Positions 15,947-26,292 are shown, counted from the first letter of the stretch. The stretch is 64,000 nt of DNA from a bacterium (GCA_027482685.1 JAIXVU010000003.1:38065-102064); one strand, 5' to 3'. Notes: generated by a model from the sequence alone, not told the origin. Numbers and translations: made by a program.

Positions 15947-17866
15947 ATGTCCATGTACTCCGTTACCAAAGAACTTCCATCTGTTGAAATTCTCAAAATT
16001 TTTGAAGATTTGGAACTTCATCCGCTTACTGCACAATTGCTACACCAGCGTGGCATAAAGTCAAAAGATGAAGCTAAACGATTCCTTAATCCATCATATG
16101 AAGAAGATATTAAAGATCCGTTTGAAATTCATGGTATGAAAGTTGCGGTTACAAGAATTGTAGATGCAATGAAACAAGGGGAGACGATAGCAATATATAG
16201 TGATTATGACTGTGATGGGATACCAGGCGGTGTACTACTGCGTACATTTTTCCAAGATATTGGATATCCACACATACTGATGTACGTGCCACATCGGCAT
16301 AACGAAGGCTATGGACTCCATAACCACGCGATTGATGCGCTTAAAGAGAAGGGGGTGACACTTATCATTACCGTTGACTTGGCGATTACAAATATTGAAG
16401 AGGTTGCATATGCGAAATCAGCTGGAGTGGACATCATTGTGACAGACCATCACCTGCCAATAACAAAAGAGATAGCAAAAAATATAAGGCAAAAAGCAAA
16501 AAAAGGGGATGGGGTGCACGACACCGTAGGTGTCGTGCAGGTGGTGCCAGATGCGGTTGCGGTGATAAATAGCAAACAAGATATATGCACGTATCATGAC
16601 GATATGTTGTGTGGATGTGCAGTTGCATGGAAACTTTCTTGCGCGCTTTTGTCAGCACTTCGTGATGAACAAAAAGCACAAGAAAGTTTCCATGCAGTTA
16701 CAAGTAAAAAGTTACACGTGAAAAGTAAAATACAGAACGCAGACAGTGAAGAATATAAAAAAGTTTTACATACTGTTGCAGAATTAAAACCAGGCTATGA
16801 AAAATGGTTGCTTGACCTTGTAGGTATATCGACTATCGCGGATATGGTGCCACTTGTAAAGGAGAATCGAGCACTTGTATATTTTGGTCTTAAGGTCCTT
16901 CGTCAGACTAAGCGTCATGGTCTACAGCATATCTTTCGCAACCAAGGTGTGGCACTACAACATATAACAGAGGATGATATTGCTTTTACGATTGCACCGC
17001 GCATTAATGCAGCATCTCGCATGGGGGATCCGATACAAGCGCATCATATGCTCTTTGAAAAAAACAGCATACAAGCACAGAAGTATGTAGAGGATTTAGA
17101 AATCCTTAATACAGAACGTAAAGCCGGAGTAAAAGATATTCTTTCTACAATTTCATTTGATCATGCGGTGTACCAAAATGATGTGATCGTTGTTGGAGAT
17201 ATGTCATGGGGACCAGGGATACTCGGGTTAATTGCGCAGAATATTATTGATGAGACAGGGAAGCCAACTTTTGTATGGGGACAAGGGGAGGACAAAAATA
17301 CCGTGAAAGGGTCTTGTCGCTCACGAGGGGATATATCTGTGGTTGAACTTATGGCACGCACACAAGAATCATTCCCTGGTGTCATCACTCATGCTGGAGG
17401 ACATGAGCAGGCGGGAGGTTTTTCTTGTGCTGTTACTAGAATAGGTGAGTTATCTTATGCGCTTAATCAATCGCGTAGTCATGTGATACAGAAAGAGGTG
17501 GTGTCAGAAGATTTGGTAGCGCATGCACACCTCACGCTTTTTGATGTTGATTATACGACGTATCAAGCTATTGAGGTTCTTGCGCCGTTTGGTGTAGGTA
17601 ATCCAAAACCACTCTTTGCGTTTAGTAATGTCAGGCCTTCATCTGTGAGATGGTTTGGTAAAAAAGGTGAGCATTTAGAAATAGTGTACCCTAGGCAGTC
17701 CGCTACCGGAGGTACTGTCTCGGGTGAAGTGAAGTCGATAATGTTTTTTGCACCAAAAGAATTAGAGGAAAAAGCAAAACGTGAACATACGCTCCTTGCA
17801 CATTTTGAAAAGTCAGTGTTTAGAGGAAAGGTAGAACTACGGTTACGTATTAGAGAAATCATCTAG
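15947..17866 (+). CDS. recJ: single-stranded-DNA-specific exonuclease RecJ
   Basis: DHH motifs (IYSDYDCDGIPGG, IIVTDHHLP), DHHA1-like GGHEQAGG. Confidence 0.85.
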   Translation: MSMYSVTKELPSVEILKIFEDLELHPLTAQLLHQRGIKSKDEAKRFLNPSYEEDIKDPFEIHGMKVAVTRIVDAMKQGETIAIYSDYDCDGIPGGVLLRTFFQDIGYPHILMYVPHRHNEGYGLHNHAIDALKEKGVTLIITVDLAITNIEEVAYAKSAGVDIIVTDHHLPITKEIAKNIRQKAKKGDGVHDTVGVVQVVPDAVAVINSKQDICTYHDDMLCGCAVAWKLSCALLSALRDEQKAQESFHAVTSKKLHVKSKIQNADSEEYKKVLHTVAELKPGYEKWLLDLVGISTIADMVPLVKENRALVYFGLKVLRQTKRHGLQHIFRNQGVALQHITEDDIAFTIAPRINAASRMGDPIQAHHMLFEKNSIQAQKYVEDLEILNTERKAGVKDILSTISFDHAVYQNDVIVVGDMSWGPGILGLIAQNIIDETGKPTFVWGQGEDKNTVKGSCRSRGDISVVELMARTQESFPGVITHAGGHEQAGGFSCAVTRIGELSYALNQSRSHVIQKEVVSEDLVAHAHLTLFDVDYTTYQAIEVLAPFGVGNPKPLFAFSNVRPSSVRWFGKKGEHLEIVYPRQSATGGTVSGEVKSIMFFAPKELEEKAKREHTLLAHFEKSVFRGKVELRLRIREII

Positions 17867-17957
17867 CGTGTACAATATAGATGAAGACAGCACCTGAGTC
17901 AGGTAGCACAAAAAGAAAAAGCGGTGCCGTCAGGCACCGCCTCCATCGCCCTTTGTG

Positions 17958-18374
17958 TCACTTCAGGCAGATCTTGAGGTTTGCAGCAACTCTTTTTATT
18001 ACCTCATCCGTATCCCACCTGAAGAGACTGATGAGAAGCCCTCCTAGTATTGGCGCCCCAAGAAAGTAGGCTCCATAGAGTGATTCAGTCACTGAGAGAT
18101 GTGTTATCACCCTGCTCTTGAACTCCTCACTTGCCTCCTTAGAGATGGGTTCATGGCGTGCTACGAACTCTCTGAATCCGTGGGGGATAGTAGTCTTGGT
18201 CACTTGCCCCTTCATGGGAGTGAGCTCAGGGCAGAGCAGTTGTCGTGCCACCGTATCGTTTGCAGACACCGCCATGCGCGGCGACTGTTCGGCCGCCTTG
18301 ACTTCCGTGATGGAGGTGAAGAGGACGAGCAGGAAGATGATCGCACCCTCTAGGATTCGGCGAGAGCCTCTCAT
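17958..18374 (-). CDS. hypothetical secreted/membrane protein (GC-rich)
   Basis: N-terminal signal/TM (AIIFLLVLFTSITEVKA), C-terminal hydrophobic segment; terminator hairpin GCGGTGCC-GTCAG-GCACCGC at 17921-17940. Confidence 0.45.
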   Translation of the reverse strand: MRGSRRILEGAIIFLLVLFTSITEVKAAEQSPRMAVSANDTVARQLLCPELTPMKGQVTKTTIPHGFREFVARHEPISKEASEEFKSRVITHLSVTESLYGAYFLGAPILGGLLISLFRWDTDEVIKRVAANLKICLK

Positions 18375-18583
18375 TTTTTCTCCTTCGAAAAAGGTTGGTG
18401 GATGAAACCGCGAAAAGAGCAGCTCATATCATATAACAAATTTATTATTCTGTCAACTTTTATGAAGTATGATTATGTGTAGTGTAGATTTTAAACAGAT
18501 ACTCATTTTTGAGAACGGTAACATGGTTATAATTATGAATTTATTATTAGATTCAAAATCTGTCCGAGTGTTACACTCGGTAG

Positions 18584-19135
18584 ATGGAACTAGAGATACA
18601 ATACAGAGTGAGTACGAGAGCGAAGCGGTTGCGGGTGGCGGTACATCATGATGGAAGAGTGGTGGTGACGAAGCCACAAAAGATGAGTGTAAAAATTGCA
18701 GAGCAATTTTTACACAACAAGTACAGATGGATAGAAGAGAAAGTTGCATACTTCATAAAGAGGAAGGAGCGAGTATTACGAGAAACACCGCAGGTGTTTC
18801 TCGTGGGAACATACGAAGAGTACAAAGAGCAAGCGAGAGCGCTCGTGCATGCGAGATTGCAACATTATAATGAGATGTACAATTTCACCTATCATGCGGT
18901 TGCAATACGTAATCAGAAATCCAGGTGGGGTAGTTGCTCAAAGAAGGGGAACTTGAATTTTAGTTACAAACTCGCACTACTCCCACCACATCTTGCTGAC
19001 TATATTATTGTGCATGAGCTCTGTCATCTCAGGGAGTTTAATCACTCGGCACAATTTTGGCAGTTGGTAGCGTATGCGATACCAGAATATAAAAAGATGA
19101 GGAAGGAGTTAAGAGGGATAGCGCTTAGGAATTAG
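18584..19135 (+). CDS. YgjP/DUF45-family zinc metallopeptidase (M48-like)
   Basis: HELCHLREFNHSAQFWQLV HExxH motif typical of DUF45. Confidence 0.7.
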   Translation: MELEIQYRVSTRAKRLRVAVHHDGRVVVTKPQKMSVKIAEQFLHNKYRWIEEKVAYFIKRKERVLRETPQVFLVGTYEEYKEQARALVHARLQHYNEMYNFTYHAVAIRNQKSRWGSCSKKGNLNFSYKLALLPPHLADYIIVHELCHLREFNHSAQFWQLVAYAIPEYKKMRKELRGIALRN

Positions 19136-19194
19136 TTTAATGGTTAATAGTTAATAGTGGGGATACATGAAGGGGCGCCGTAGGCGCCCCTTAT

Positions 19195-19806
19195 CTATAT
19201 TCTACGAAATGTTAGGTTGATACGAAGTGACTGGACTTTCTTGCTCTTCGGTAACTGGTGTTTCCAATATTTTTGCGTTTGACCACGCATGACAAGAAGC
19301 GATCCATGCTCTAGTTGTACAGAAATAGTCTCTTTAGTTGTTGTATGTCTAAAATCAAAACGTCTTTCTGCTCCGAAACTAACTGACGCGATAGATCTTC
19401 CATCTCCAATGCTTTCTTTATCAGTATGCCAGCCCATACCTTGAGTACCGTCATCGTATATATTCACAAGGCATGAATTATATGTGTCACCTGTTAGTTG
19501 CTCTACAGTATTTTTGATAGCTAGTAATTCCTTAGTCCATGTACGAGGTGTTTTGATTGTTCCTGAGTATGAGTAGGTGATACCAGTGTCTCCATACCAT
19601 GCAACTCTCCGTGACATTGTGATTAGCTTACCGTATAAGAACACTTCTTCATGTTCTCCTTTGATAGTACTAAGGAGCTTCTCTAAATAAACATCAGAGG
19701 TTGCTCTATCATACATACTTCCATAATAGATAACATCTCCATCATGTGCGAGGATTGTACGTGGGAGAATATTTTCATCTATCTTGAAAAATGATTGTAT
19801 GCTCAT
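19195..19806 (-). CDS. alkB: alpha-ketoglutarate-dependent dioxygenase AlkB (DNA alkylation repair)
   Basis: NIYDDGTQGMGWHTDKE...SFGAERRF...LRINLTFR 2OG-Fe(II) oxygenase motifs. Confidence 0.8.
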   Translation of the reverse strand: MSIQSFFKIDENILPRTILAHDGDVIYYGSMYDRATSDVYLEKLLSTIKGEHEEVFLYGKLITMSRRVAWYGDTGITYSYSGTIKTPRTWTKELLAIKNTVEQLTGDTYNSCLVNIYDDGTQGMGWHTDKESIGDGRSIASVSFGAERRFDFRHTTTKETISVQLEHGSLLVMRGQTQKYWKHQLPKSKKVQSLRINLTFRRI

Positions 19807-19862
19807 GGTTTTTAGGAGTTTATTTACTATAGCATAGTTTATCCACAGTGGTTCTATTGTAC

Positions 19863-19878
19863 TAGAACAAATGTTCTA
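19863..19878. promoter_or_regulatory. putative LexA operator (Cheo-box-like palindrome TAGAAC-AAAT-GTTCTA) in alkB/lexA divergent promoter region
   Basis: perfect GAAC-N4-GTTC palindrome 15 nt upstream of lexA ATG; adjacent TTATCCACA (DnaA-box-like) at ~19841. Confidence 0.55.
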
Positions 19879-19892
19879 GTACAATATATCTC

Positions 19893-20456
19893 ATGAAAGA
19901 CGAACAATTATTATCAACATTCTTCCAAGAGAACAAGCGTATGCCAACGTATGAAGAGATGAAAGACCTCTTCGGAGTTGCCTCTAAGAATACTGTTGCC
20001 TATCGCGTGAACAAATTAGTCGAGAGCGGGTTCTTGCACAAAGATGGCAACAAACTCTCTCTCGCGCAGACTGGATACGTGATGCGATTAGGAACAGTAC
20101 AAGCCGGATTTCCAACTCAAGCAGATGAAAGTGTTGACGTAGAGCTCATGTCACTCGATGACTATCTTATAGAAAAGAAAAGCTCAACATATATGTTAGA
20201 AGTGATGGGCGAATCGATGAAGGATGCAGGAATACTAGAAGGGGATCTCGTCATCGTAGAACGTGGACGGACGCCACGAAGGGGAGATATAGTGCTTGCA
20301 CTCGTTGATCATGAGTACACGCTTAAGTATCTAGAGACAGAAAAAGGAAAGCCTGTACTCGTACCCGCAAATAAAACATTCAAAAAAATCTACCCGAATC
20401 CGAATACTCTAAAAATAGAAGCAGTCTTAAAAGCAGTCATTAGAAAATATCGATAA
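19893..20456 (+). CDS. lexA: LexA repressor
   Basis: N-terminal wHTH, C-terminal S24 peptidase (GESMKDAGILEGDLVIV..., catalytic Ser/Lys region). Confidence 0.85.
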   Translation: MKDEQLLSTFFQENKRMPTYEEMKDLFGVASKNTVAYRVNKLVESGFLHKDGNKLSLAQTGYVMRLGTVQAGFPTQADESVDVELMSLDDYLIEKKSSTYMLEVMGESMKDAGILEGDLVIVERGRTPRRGDIVLALVDHEYTLKYLETEKGKPVLVPANKTFKKIYPNPNTLKIEAVLKAVIRKYR

Positions 20457-20635
20457 CATTAATTATAAAAAATATACTAACAATATCCATGAAATCATAC
20501 ATCATATACAAGTTCTCAAAAGTCCCAGAAGTATCTCCGCTTAAGAAGTGGATGTACATTAGTCGCGTCGGAGACTACACCTCGAGCATCCTCTCATAAT
20601 TATTAGAAACTACTCAGTATCTACACAACATCACC

Positions 20636-21070
20636 ATGAAATCATCACGCGCTATCATTCGTATCAATCTCTTCAAGAAGCAGAATCCTCACATCACCTA
20701 TAATAAACGTATGTATGCAATCATTCGTCGTTACACACCTGACGTTGTTGAAAGTGGAGTGAATGAATGTCTCGCTGATATCACAGGGCTACGAACATTC
20801 TTCAAAATGAGTTATAAGGAACTTGCTCAGACGATGCTCGATGAGATAGCACGTGAACTTGGGGTTCCGTTTGCAATGCGGGTTGGCAATGAAGAGGAGT
20901 TCGTGGCGCTTCAGGTGAAATCTAAACGAGCAAAGAAACTACAAAGTATTTCAACATACAAGGAAATGAATACTCTATTTCAGAGCCCTTCTATTTCTAC
21001 AAGGAAAATAACTATACACAAAACAAAGAAACAAGCACTCAACATCCCATTCTTGGGTAAAGTGAGATAG
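20636..21070 (+). pseudogene. truncated paralog of Y-family DNA polymerase (dinB fragment lacking N-terminal catalytic DxD region)
   Basis: RRYTPDVVESGVNECLADITGL aligns with RRYADDVEEYSIDECFADLTGL of downstream dinB; no MDxDAFF start, C-terminus unrelated. Confidence 0.55.
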
Positions 21071-21109
21071 CTCTGCATTATCTTGTTCCTCATATGACCT
21101 CTATCTACC

Positions 21110-22354
21110 ATGGAACACAACCCTCTTTGTAATAAAGTACTCCTTCACATGGACGGGGATGCATTTTTCGTTGGAGTAGAACAAGCGAAAAATCCATCAC
21201 TCCGTGGGCTACCTGTCGTAACAGGGGAGGAGCGTGGGATAGCAACAGCAATGTCATATGAAGCCAAAGCTCTCGGTATCGTACGTGGTACACCGATTCA
21301 CAAAATCAAGAAAGAGTACCCACAGGTTATAGTCTTACCAGGAGACTATAAATCATATGCAATATATTCAAAGCAAATGTTTGATATCGTTCGTAGATAC
21401 GCTGATGATGTAGAAGAGTATAGTATAGATGAATGCTTCGCTGATCTCACTGGACTAGAAAAGGTACTTAAGATGACACCGCTTGAAATAGCTACATGTA
21501 TCAAGCGTGAGGTATATGATGAGTTAGGAATATCAGTATCTATAGGAATAGCTCCGACAAAAGTCCTTACCAAAGTTGCATCCAACTGGGTAAAACCTAA
21601 CGGACTTACTGTTATAGATATACACACTATTACACAATTTCTAGCGCATAAGCCTATCGAGAAAATATGGGGTATAGGAAGTAGAACAGCAGGAGCATTA
21701 CAAAAGCTCGGTGTGAGTACCGCTCTTGAGTTCATCAGAAAGGATATACCATGGGTACAAGAACATCTATCCAAACCCTACCAAGTAATCTGGAAAGAAC
21801 TGCAAGGTATCTCTATCATGCACATAGACCCAAACCCCAAGACGGACTATTCATCTATACAGAAGACTCGGACATTTTATCCGCCAACCAATGATATATC
21901 TTTTCTAGTATCACAACTTTCTAAACATCTAGAAGAAGCATGTGCTAAAGCCAGGCATTATAACTTAACTCCGAAAAAGGTATCACTCTTCCTGAAAACC
22001 CAGCAGTTTACGTATATGCATGCATGTATCGTTTTGCCTCACCCGACAAGCATTCCGGAAAGTATCCTCTCATGCATAGAAGATGAATTCAGGGGAATGT
22101 ATAAAAAAGGGACACTCTATCGAGCAACTGGGATAACATTGCATGAGCTATCTAAGGAAGCACCAAAGCAGATGGACTTGTTCGGAGAAAGTGAAAGAGC
22201 AACTAAGTTTGAAGAGATACACAAACATCTAGACACTCTAGAGAATAAACTTGGTAAAAAAGTCGTACACCTAGGCTCTACGCAAGCTGCTCTTACTAGA
22301 AAAGTGCAAGGAACTGATAGTGAGGATATGGACAGACATTTACTATTTCTTTAA
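21110..22354 (+). CDS. dinB: DNA polymerase IV (Y-family translesion polymerase)
   Basis: LHMDGDAFFVGVE, SIDECFADLTGL, SVSIGIAPTKVLTKVAS motifs. Confidence 0.85.
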   Translation: MEHNPLCNKVLLHMDGDAFFVGVEQAKNPSLRGLPVVTGEERGIATAMSYEAKALGIVRGTPIHKIKKEYPQVIVLPGDYKSYAIYSKQMFDIVRRYADDVEEYSIDECFADLTGLEKVLKMTPLEIATCIKREVYDELGISVSIGIAPTKVLTKVASNWVKPNGLTVIDIHTITQFLAHKPIEKIWGIGSRTAGALQKLGVSTALEFIRKDIPWVQEHLSKPYQVIWKELQGISIMHIDPNPKTDYSSIQKTRTFYPPTNDISFLVSQLSKHLEEACAKARHYNLTPKKVSLFLKTQQFTYMHACIVLPHPTSIPESILSCIEDEFRGMYKKGTLYRATGITLHELSKEAPKQMDLFGESERATKFEEIHKHLDTLENKLGKKVVHLGSTQAALTRKVQGTDSEDMDRHLLFL

Positions 22355-22390
22355 ACTATCGCAAAATAAGTGAGTGGTATACTATCTCGT

Positions 22391-22939
22391 ATGAAAATTA
22401 CTATTTACACTGACGGATCAAGTAGAGGAAATCCTGGACCTGGGGGGTGGGGTGCGATTCTTTTAGTAGAAAGTAATAAGCAGAACGCACATGGTGAGAC
22501 TACTAATAGTGATATAACACACGATGAAGTTATTGAACTTGGTGGTCGCGAAGAGATGACAACGAATAACCGCATGGAACTATCTGGAGCGCTATTTGGA
22601 TTACGTGAGATAGAAGGCAAAGGAGTGAAGTATGTGGAAGTCTGCACTGATAGTCAGTATGTAAAGAAAGGAATGACGGAATGGATTGATGGGTGGATCA
22701 AACGCGGATGGAAAGGCTCGACTAAACAGCCAGTACTTAACCAAGACCTTTGGCAAGCGCTCAAAGATGAAGAAGATAGACTAAAGGCACACGGAGTACA
22801 CGTAACATGGAAGTACGTCCCAGGTCATGCCGGAGTGGTTATGAATGAACGAGCAGATGTAATAGCAACGTCCGCTGCTCTTGCAAGTAACTTGCAATTA
22901 TATCGTGGGCCGAAGAACGACTACCCGGCTCTCTTTTAG
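22391..22939 (+). CDS. rnhA: ribonuclease HI
   Basis: MKITIYTDGSSRGNPGPGGWG...TNNRMEL...CTDSQYV...ERADVIA catalytic DEDD residues context; start at internal ATG. Confidence 0.85.
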   Translation: MKITIYTDGSSRGNPGPGGWGAILLVESNKQNAHGETTNSDITHDEVIELGGREEMTTNNRMELSGALFGLREIEGKGVKYVEVCTDSQYVKKGMTEWIDGWIKRGWKGSTKQPVLNQDLWQALKDEEDRLKAHGVHVTWKYVPGHAGVVMNERADVIATSAALASNLQLYRGPKNDYPALF

Positions 22940-23016
22940 TATCATCTCATACTCTAAGCTCTGGTTGGAGGAATGTGCTTTTGTGTGTTAGTGTTGTGCT
23001 ATTACGAGGTTAGACC

Positions 23017-23172
23017 ATGAAGATACATATCTATACAGTTATCGGAGTTCTCGCAACGTTACTTGGTATCACATTCGGGTATACAAGTAGGTATGTAAGC
23101 GAGGGGATTGTGATAGCTCTTCTCATTGCGTGTATACAAGTAGTCTTGATTGGTATCCACTATTTTTTGTAA
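23017..23172 (+). CDS. possible small 2-TM membrane protein (51 aa)
   Basis: unlisted short ORF MKIHIYTVIGVLATLLGITFGY...; hydrophobic; upstream of comEC. Confidence 0.25.
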   Translation: MKIHIYTVIGVLATLLGITFGYTSRYVSEGIVIALLIACIQVVLIGIHYFL

Positions 23173-24602
23173 CAAGAAAAAATCCATCACCTCAACCATC
23201 ATCAGATGTCTCTACAATGCATGATGAAGAAAAGAATTCACAAAGTAGACGTTCGATTCTTCTTGTTCCATTACTTATCTTTTCTCTTGGTATCGCACTC
23301 GGTGCTTTACGTGTACAGATGAGTGCAGAGAAAGTAGCATATCTATGTAAATCAGCGTGTACGTTTACTGCTACGATAGTAAGCTCTCCTGAGAGTAAGG
23401 ATGAGTATCAGACATTTGTCATTCGACCAGAAGATAGAGATGAGAGTACACACGACATACTTGTGCGTGTACCGCTTTATCCACGGTACGATGTTGGTTC
23501 AACGATTAGCATTACCGGTATAGTACGTGAGCCAACAAAGATACTTCCTCATAACGGAGGACAAGCATTTGACTATGCATCATACCTTGCAACGAAGAGT
23601 ATAGGAAGTGTTGTATATTATCCGCGTATAGAGATACTAGACGGTGATGCACATGATGTACCTTCACTCCTAATCAGATGGAAAGACGATCTTGTGTCGC
23701 GTATCAATATGTATGTTGGACAGCCAGCATCATCGCTTGCAAGTGGGATGTTATTCGGAGCATCATCCCTTACCAAAGAACTACAACAAACATTTCGTGT
23801 CGCGGGGCTATCACACATCATCGTACTCTCTGGATTTAATATCGCAATTGTCATCTCGTCTATTTTATTTGTATTCGCATTTTTACCGCTTGTGCTTAGA
23901 GTTATACTTGCGTCATTTTCGGTGATACTTTTTGTCATTATGGTAGGTGCAGAGCCAAGCGTGGTACGAGCGACACTCATGGTATTTGTATCACTTGTTG
24001 CATTACTTCTTGGACGAACGTATGTCTCTCGTCAAGCGCTCATGTTGTCGCTTTTTGCTATTGTCATGTACTCACCTGAGTCGTTACTTCATGATGTATC
24101 GCTTCATCTCTCATTTCTTGCAACTGCCGGTATTGTGTACATGACGGATATATTTGATGAACTATTTACTAAGGTACACAGTCAGTTAATTCGTAGCACA
24201 CTTGCTACAACACTCGCGGCATACATTGCAACCACTCCGTATATCATGCACACGTTTGGAATGTTTTCTCTCTACTCGCTTATAAGCAACGTGCTTGTTG
24301 TGCCGCTTGTTCCACTTGCGATGCTTTTGTCTTTTACAGTTGTTGTTTTGTCTTATATTGGAGAGACTCTTGCATATATAGTTGGGTATCTTAACACACT
24401 ATTAATAGATATCATGATATTTGTCGCAAAGGGTATCGCATGGTTACCATATTCATCACTTACCATATCAATTTCTTATCTCGGAATGATATCTATGTAT
24501 ATTGTAATCATTATTATTGTAGCGTTTCTCACTAGAAAAAAGATTGATGAAACAGTGGTTACAAAAGAAGGAGTAGTAATAAGTGGCATAATGAAGTATT
24601 AG
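23130..24602 (+). CDS. comEC: ComEC/Rec2 competence protein, N-terminal OB + membrane channel part
   Basis: LSHIIVLSGFNIAIV competence-domain motif, many TM helices; true start uncertain (possibly ATG ~23217). Confidence 0.7.
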   Translation: MYTSSLDWYPLFFVTRKNPSPQPSSDVSTMHDEEKNSQSRRSILLVPLLIFSLGIALGALRVQMSAEKVAYLCKSACTFTATIVSSPESKDEYQTFVIRPEDRDESTHDILVRVPLYPRYDVGSTISITGIVREPTKILPHNGGQAFDYASYLATKSIGSVVYYPRIEILDGDAHDVPSLLIRWKDDLVSRINMYVGQPASSLASGMLFGASSLTKELQQTFRVAGLSHIIVLSGFNIAIVISSILFVFAFLPLVLRVILASFSVILFVIMVGAEPSVVRATLMVFVSLVALLLGRTYVSRQALMLSLFAIVMYSPESLLHDVSLHLSFLATAGIVYMTDIFDELFTKVHSQLIRSTLATTLAAYIATTPYIMHTFGMFSLYSLISNVLVVPLVPLAMLLSFTVVVLSYIGETLAYIVGYLNTLLIDIMIFVAKGIAWLPYSSLTISISYLGMISMYIVIIIIVAFLTRKKIDETVVTKEGVVISGIMKY

Positions 24603-24677
24603 GTATGAGAAATACATGTAGTGCGCACCTCATTACGTTTCATGTAAAAAGTTTTCTATTAAATGACGATGCTTGGA

Positions 24678-25247
24678 TTATAACTTCTTTGCGATAGCTT
24701 TGTATGCAAAGAACATCACAATAAGTCCGATACATAGTGATACTGCGGTAAATGAGGTGAGTGTAATATTTTTTCCAAAGTAGTACCCAAGTGATGTGAT
24801 ACCTATCGCCCAGATGGTGGAAGCAAGCAAGAAGATAACAGATGTGATTTTTGTTTTTGTATTAGCAAGACCTGCAACTATCGGAATGAATGCTTTTATA
24901 GATGGAACAAGTTTGCCAATGAATATATACCATAGGCCACGACGAGTAAATGTCGCATGAAGTGCAGAGTGGACTTTCGTGAAGGTTGTTTCATCCATCA
25001 TCAATATTTTACGAGCAAACGGCTTGTCATATTTTTTTACTAACATAAATGTAATGATGTTACCGATGGCATTACCAAGAGCTCCTGCGATAATGGTCGG
25101 AATAAAAAGTAATGATCCAGTCGATACGAAGTATCCTGCAATAAGATACAGTAACTGCGATGATGGGAAGTTCGCAACACCATTACTTATCATGAGTAAA
25201 AAAATTCCAATGTAAGAAAATGAAGTGATGAAGTTAGAGAGGTCCAT
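24678..25247 (-). CDS. DedA/TVP38-family membrane protein
   Basis: IGIFLLMISNGVANFPSSQLLYLIAGYF DedA-like motif; encoded on opposite strand between the two comEC parts. Confidence 0.6.
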   Translation of the reverse strand: MDLSNFITSFSYIGIFLLMISNGVANFPSSQLLYLIAGYFVSTGSLLFIPTIIAGALGNAIGNIITFMLVKKYDKPFARKILMMDETTFTKVHSALHATFTRRGLWYIFIGKLVPSIKAFIPIVAGLANTKTKITSVIFLLASTIWAIGITSLGYYFGKNITLTSFTAVSLCIGLIVMFFAYKAIAKKL

Positions 25248-25319
25248 AGAAAGAAATTGATGATGATAGATGGTCTAAGTATATAGTGTTGAAGATAGAG
25301 ATGCTACTAACGAATACAT

Positions 25320-26270
25320 GTGGGAACAAGATGCAAAGTGACATCAAAAGTGATAGGATTCCAGATTATGAAAGCAAGACGAAACATGGTTCTAGAGTTT
25401 AGAGAAATCATGAAAGAGTATGGACGTGTTATTGCCGTCTCTGTATCACTTTGTCTTCTTATTGCTCTATGTATTTATGTAGCGTTACATACGTCTACAC
25501 GAGAGTTGCGTATTTCATTTCTTGATGTTGGTCAGGGAGACGCGATACTCATACAGACGCCAAGCGGTAAAGACATGCTCATTGATGGTGGAGGAACTGA
25601 TGTAGTGCTCGAGAGGTTATCAGAGCAAGTATCATTTTTTGATCACACTCTTGATGTGATTGTTGCAACACATCCAGATGCTGATCATGTGACAGGGCTG
25701 ATTCCTGTTTTGAAAAAATACGAAGTTAAAAAAGTTATCATGTCTCCTCGAGATGGTGACACGGGAATATTTGCAGACCTCGATAAACATATTGATGGAG
25801 AGAAGACCGAGGTGCATGTGGCACGAACGGGAGACATGATAGATTTTGGTGACGGAGTAACTGCGTGGATTTTATTTCCACCAACTAACTACGATGTGCG
25901 AAGTGAAGATACAAATGATGCATCAGTAAGTATGTTGGTAACATATGGCGAGCATACTTTTTTATTAACTGGTGATCTACCGACAGTATATGAAGGCAAG
26001 CTCATCAGCAGAGAGTTACCGCGTAACATCACTGTCTACAAAGCTGGGCATCATGGGAGCAAGTACAGTAGCGGTGATCAACTGCTCTCGTATACTCGTC
26101 CGGAGTACGCGGTGATAAGCGCAGGCAAAGATAACAAGTACGGACATCCGAACCCTGAAGCGCTCGAGAGATTACAAAAATATGCAAAAGAGATTCTCTC
26201 AACTATTGATAGAGGAACGATTACATTTATAAGTGATGGAAGAGTATTAGAAGTAGAAACAAGTAAGTAG
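25320..26270 (+). CDS. ComEC-type metallo-beta-lactamase domain protein (C-terminal part of ComEC encoded separately)
   Basis: ISFLDVGQGDAILIQTP...IDGG, HPDADH, GHHGS MBL motifs; N-terminal TM. Confidence 0.7.
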   Translation: MGTRCKVTSKVIGFQIMKARRNMVLEFREIMKEYGRVIAVSVSLCLLIALCIYVALHTSTRELRISFLDVGQGDAILIQTPSGKDMLIDGGGTDVVLERLSEQVSFFDHTLDVIVATHPDADHVTGLIPVLKKYEVKKVIMSPRDGDTGIFADLDKHIDGEKTEVHVARTGDMIDFGDGVTAWILFPPTNYDVRSEDTNDASVSMLVTYGEHTFLLTGDLPTVYEGKLISRELPRNITVYKAGHHGSKYSSGDQLLSYTRPEYAVISAGKDNKYGHPNPEALERLQKYAKEILSTIDRGTITFISDGRVLEVETSK

Positions 26271-26292
26271 ACAAGATGCGAACCAGTTGCAA

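Noticed and set aside
19137-19165. Reverse-orientation copy of the family I AACCATTAAC motif between convergent genes, as a promoter
   Set aside because: No downstream gene in the appropriate orientation. It may be a remnant, or part of the terminator region preceding the 19172-19190 hairpin.
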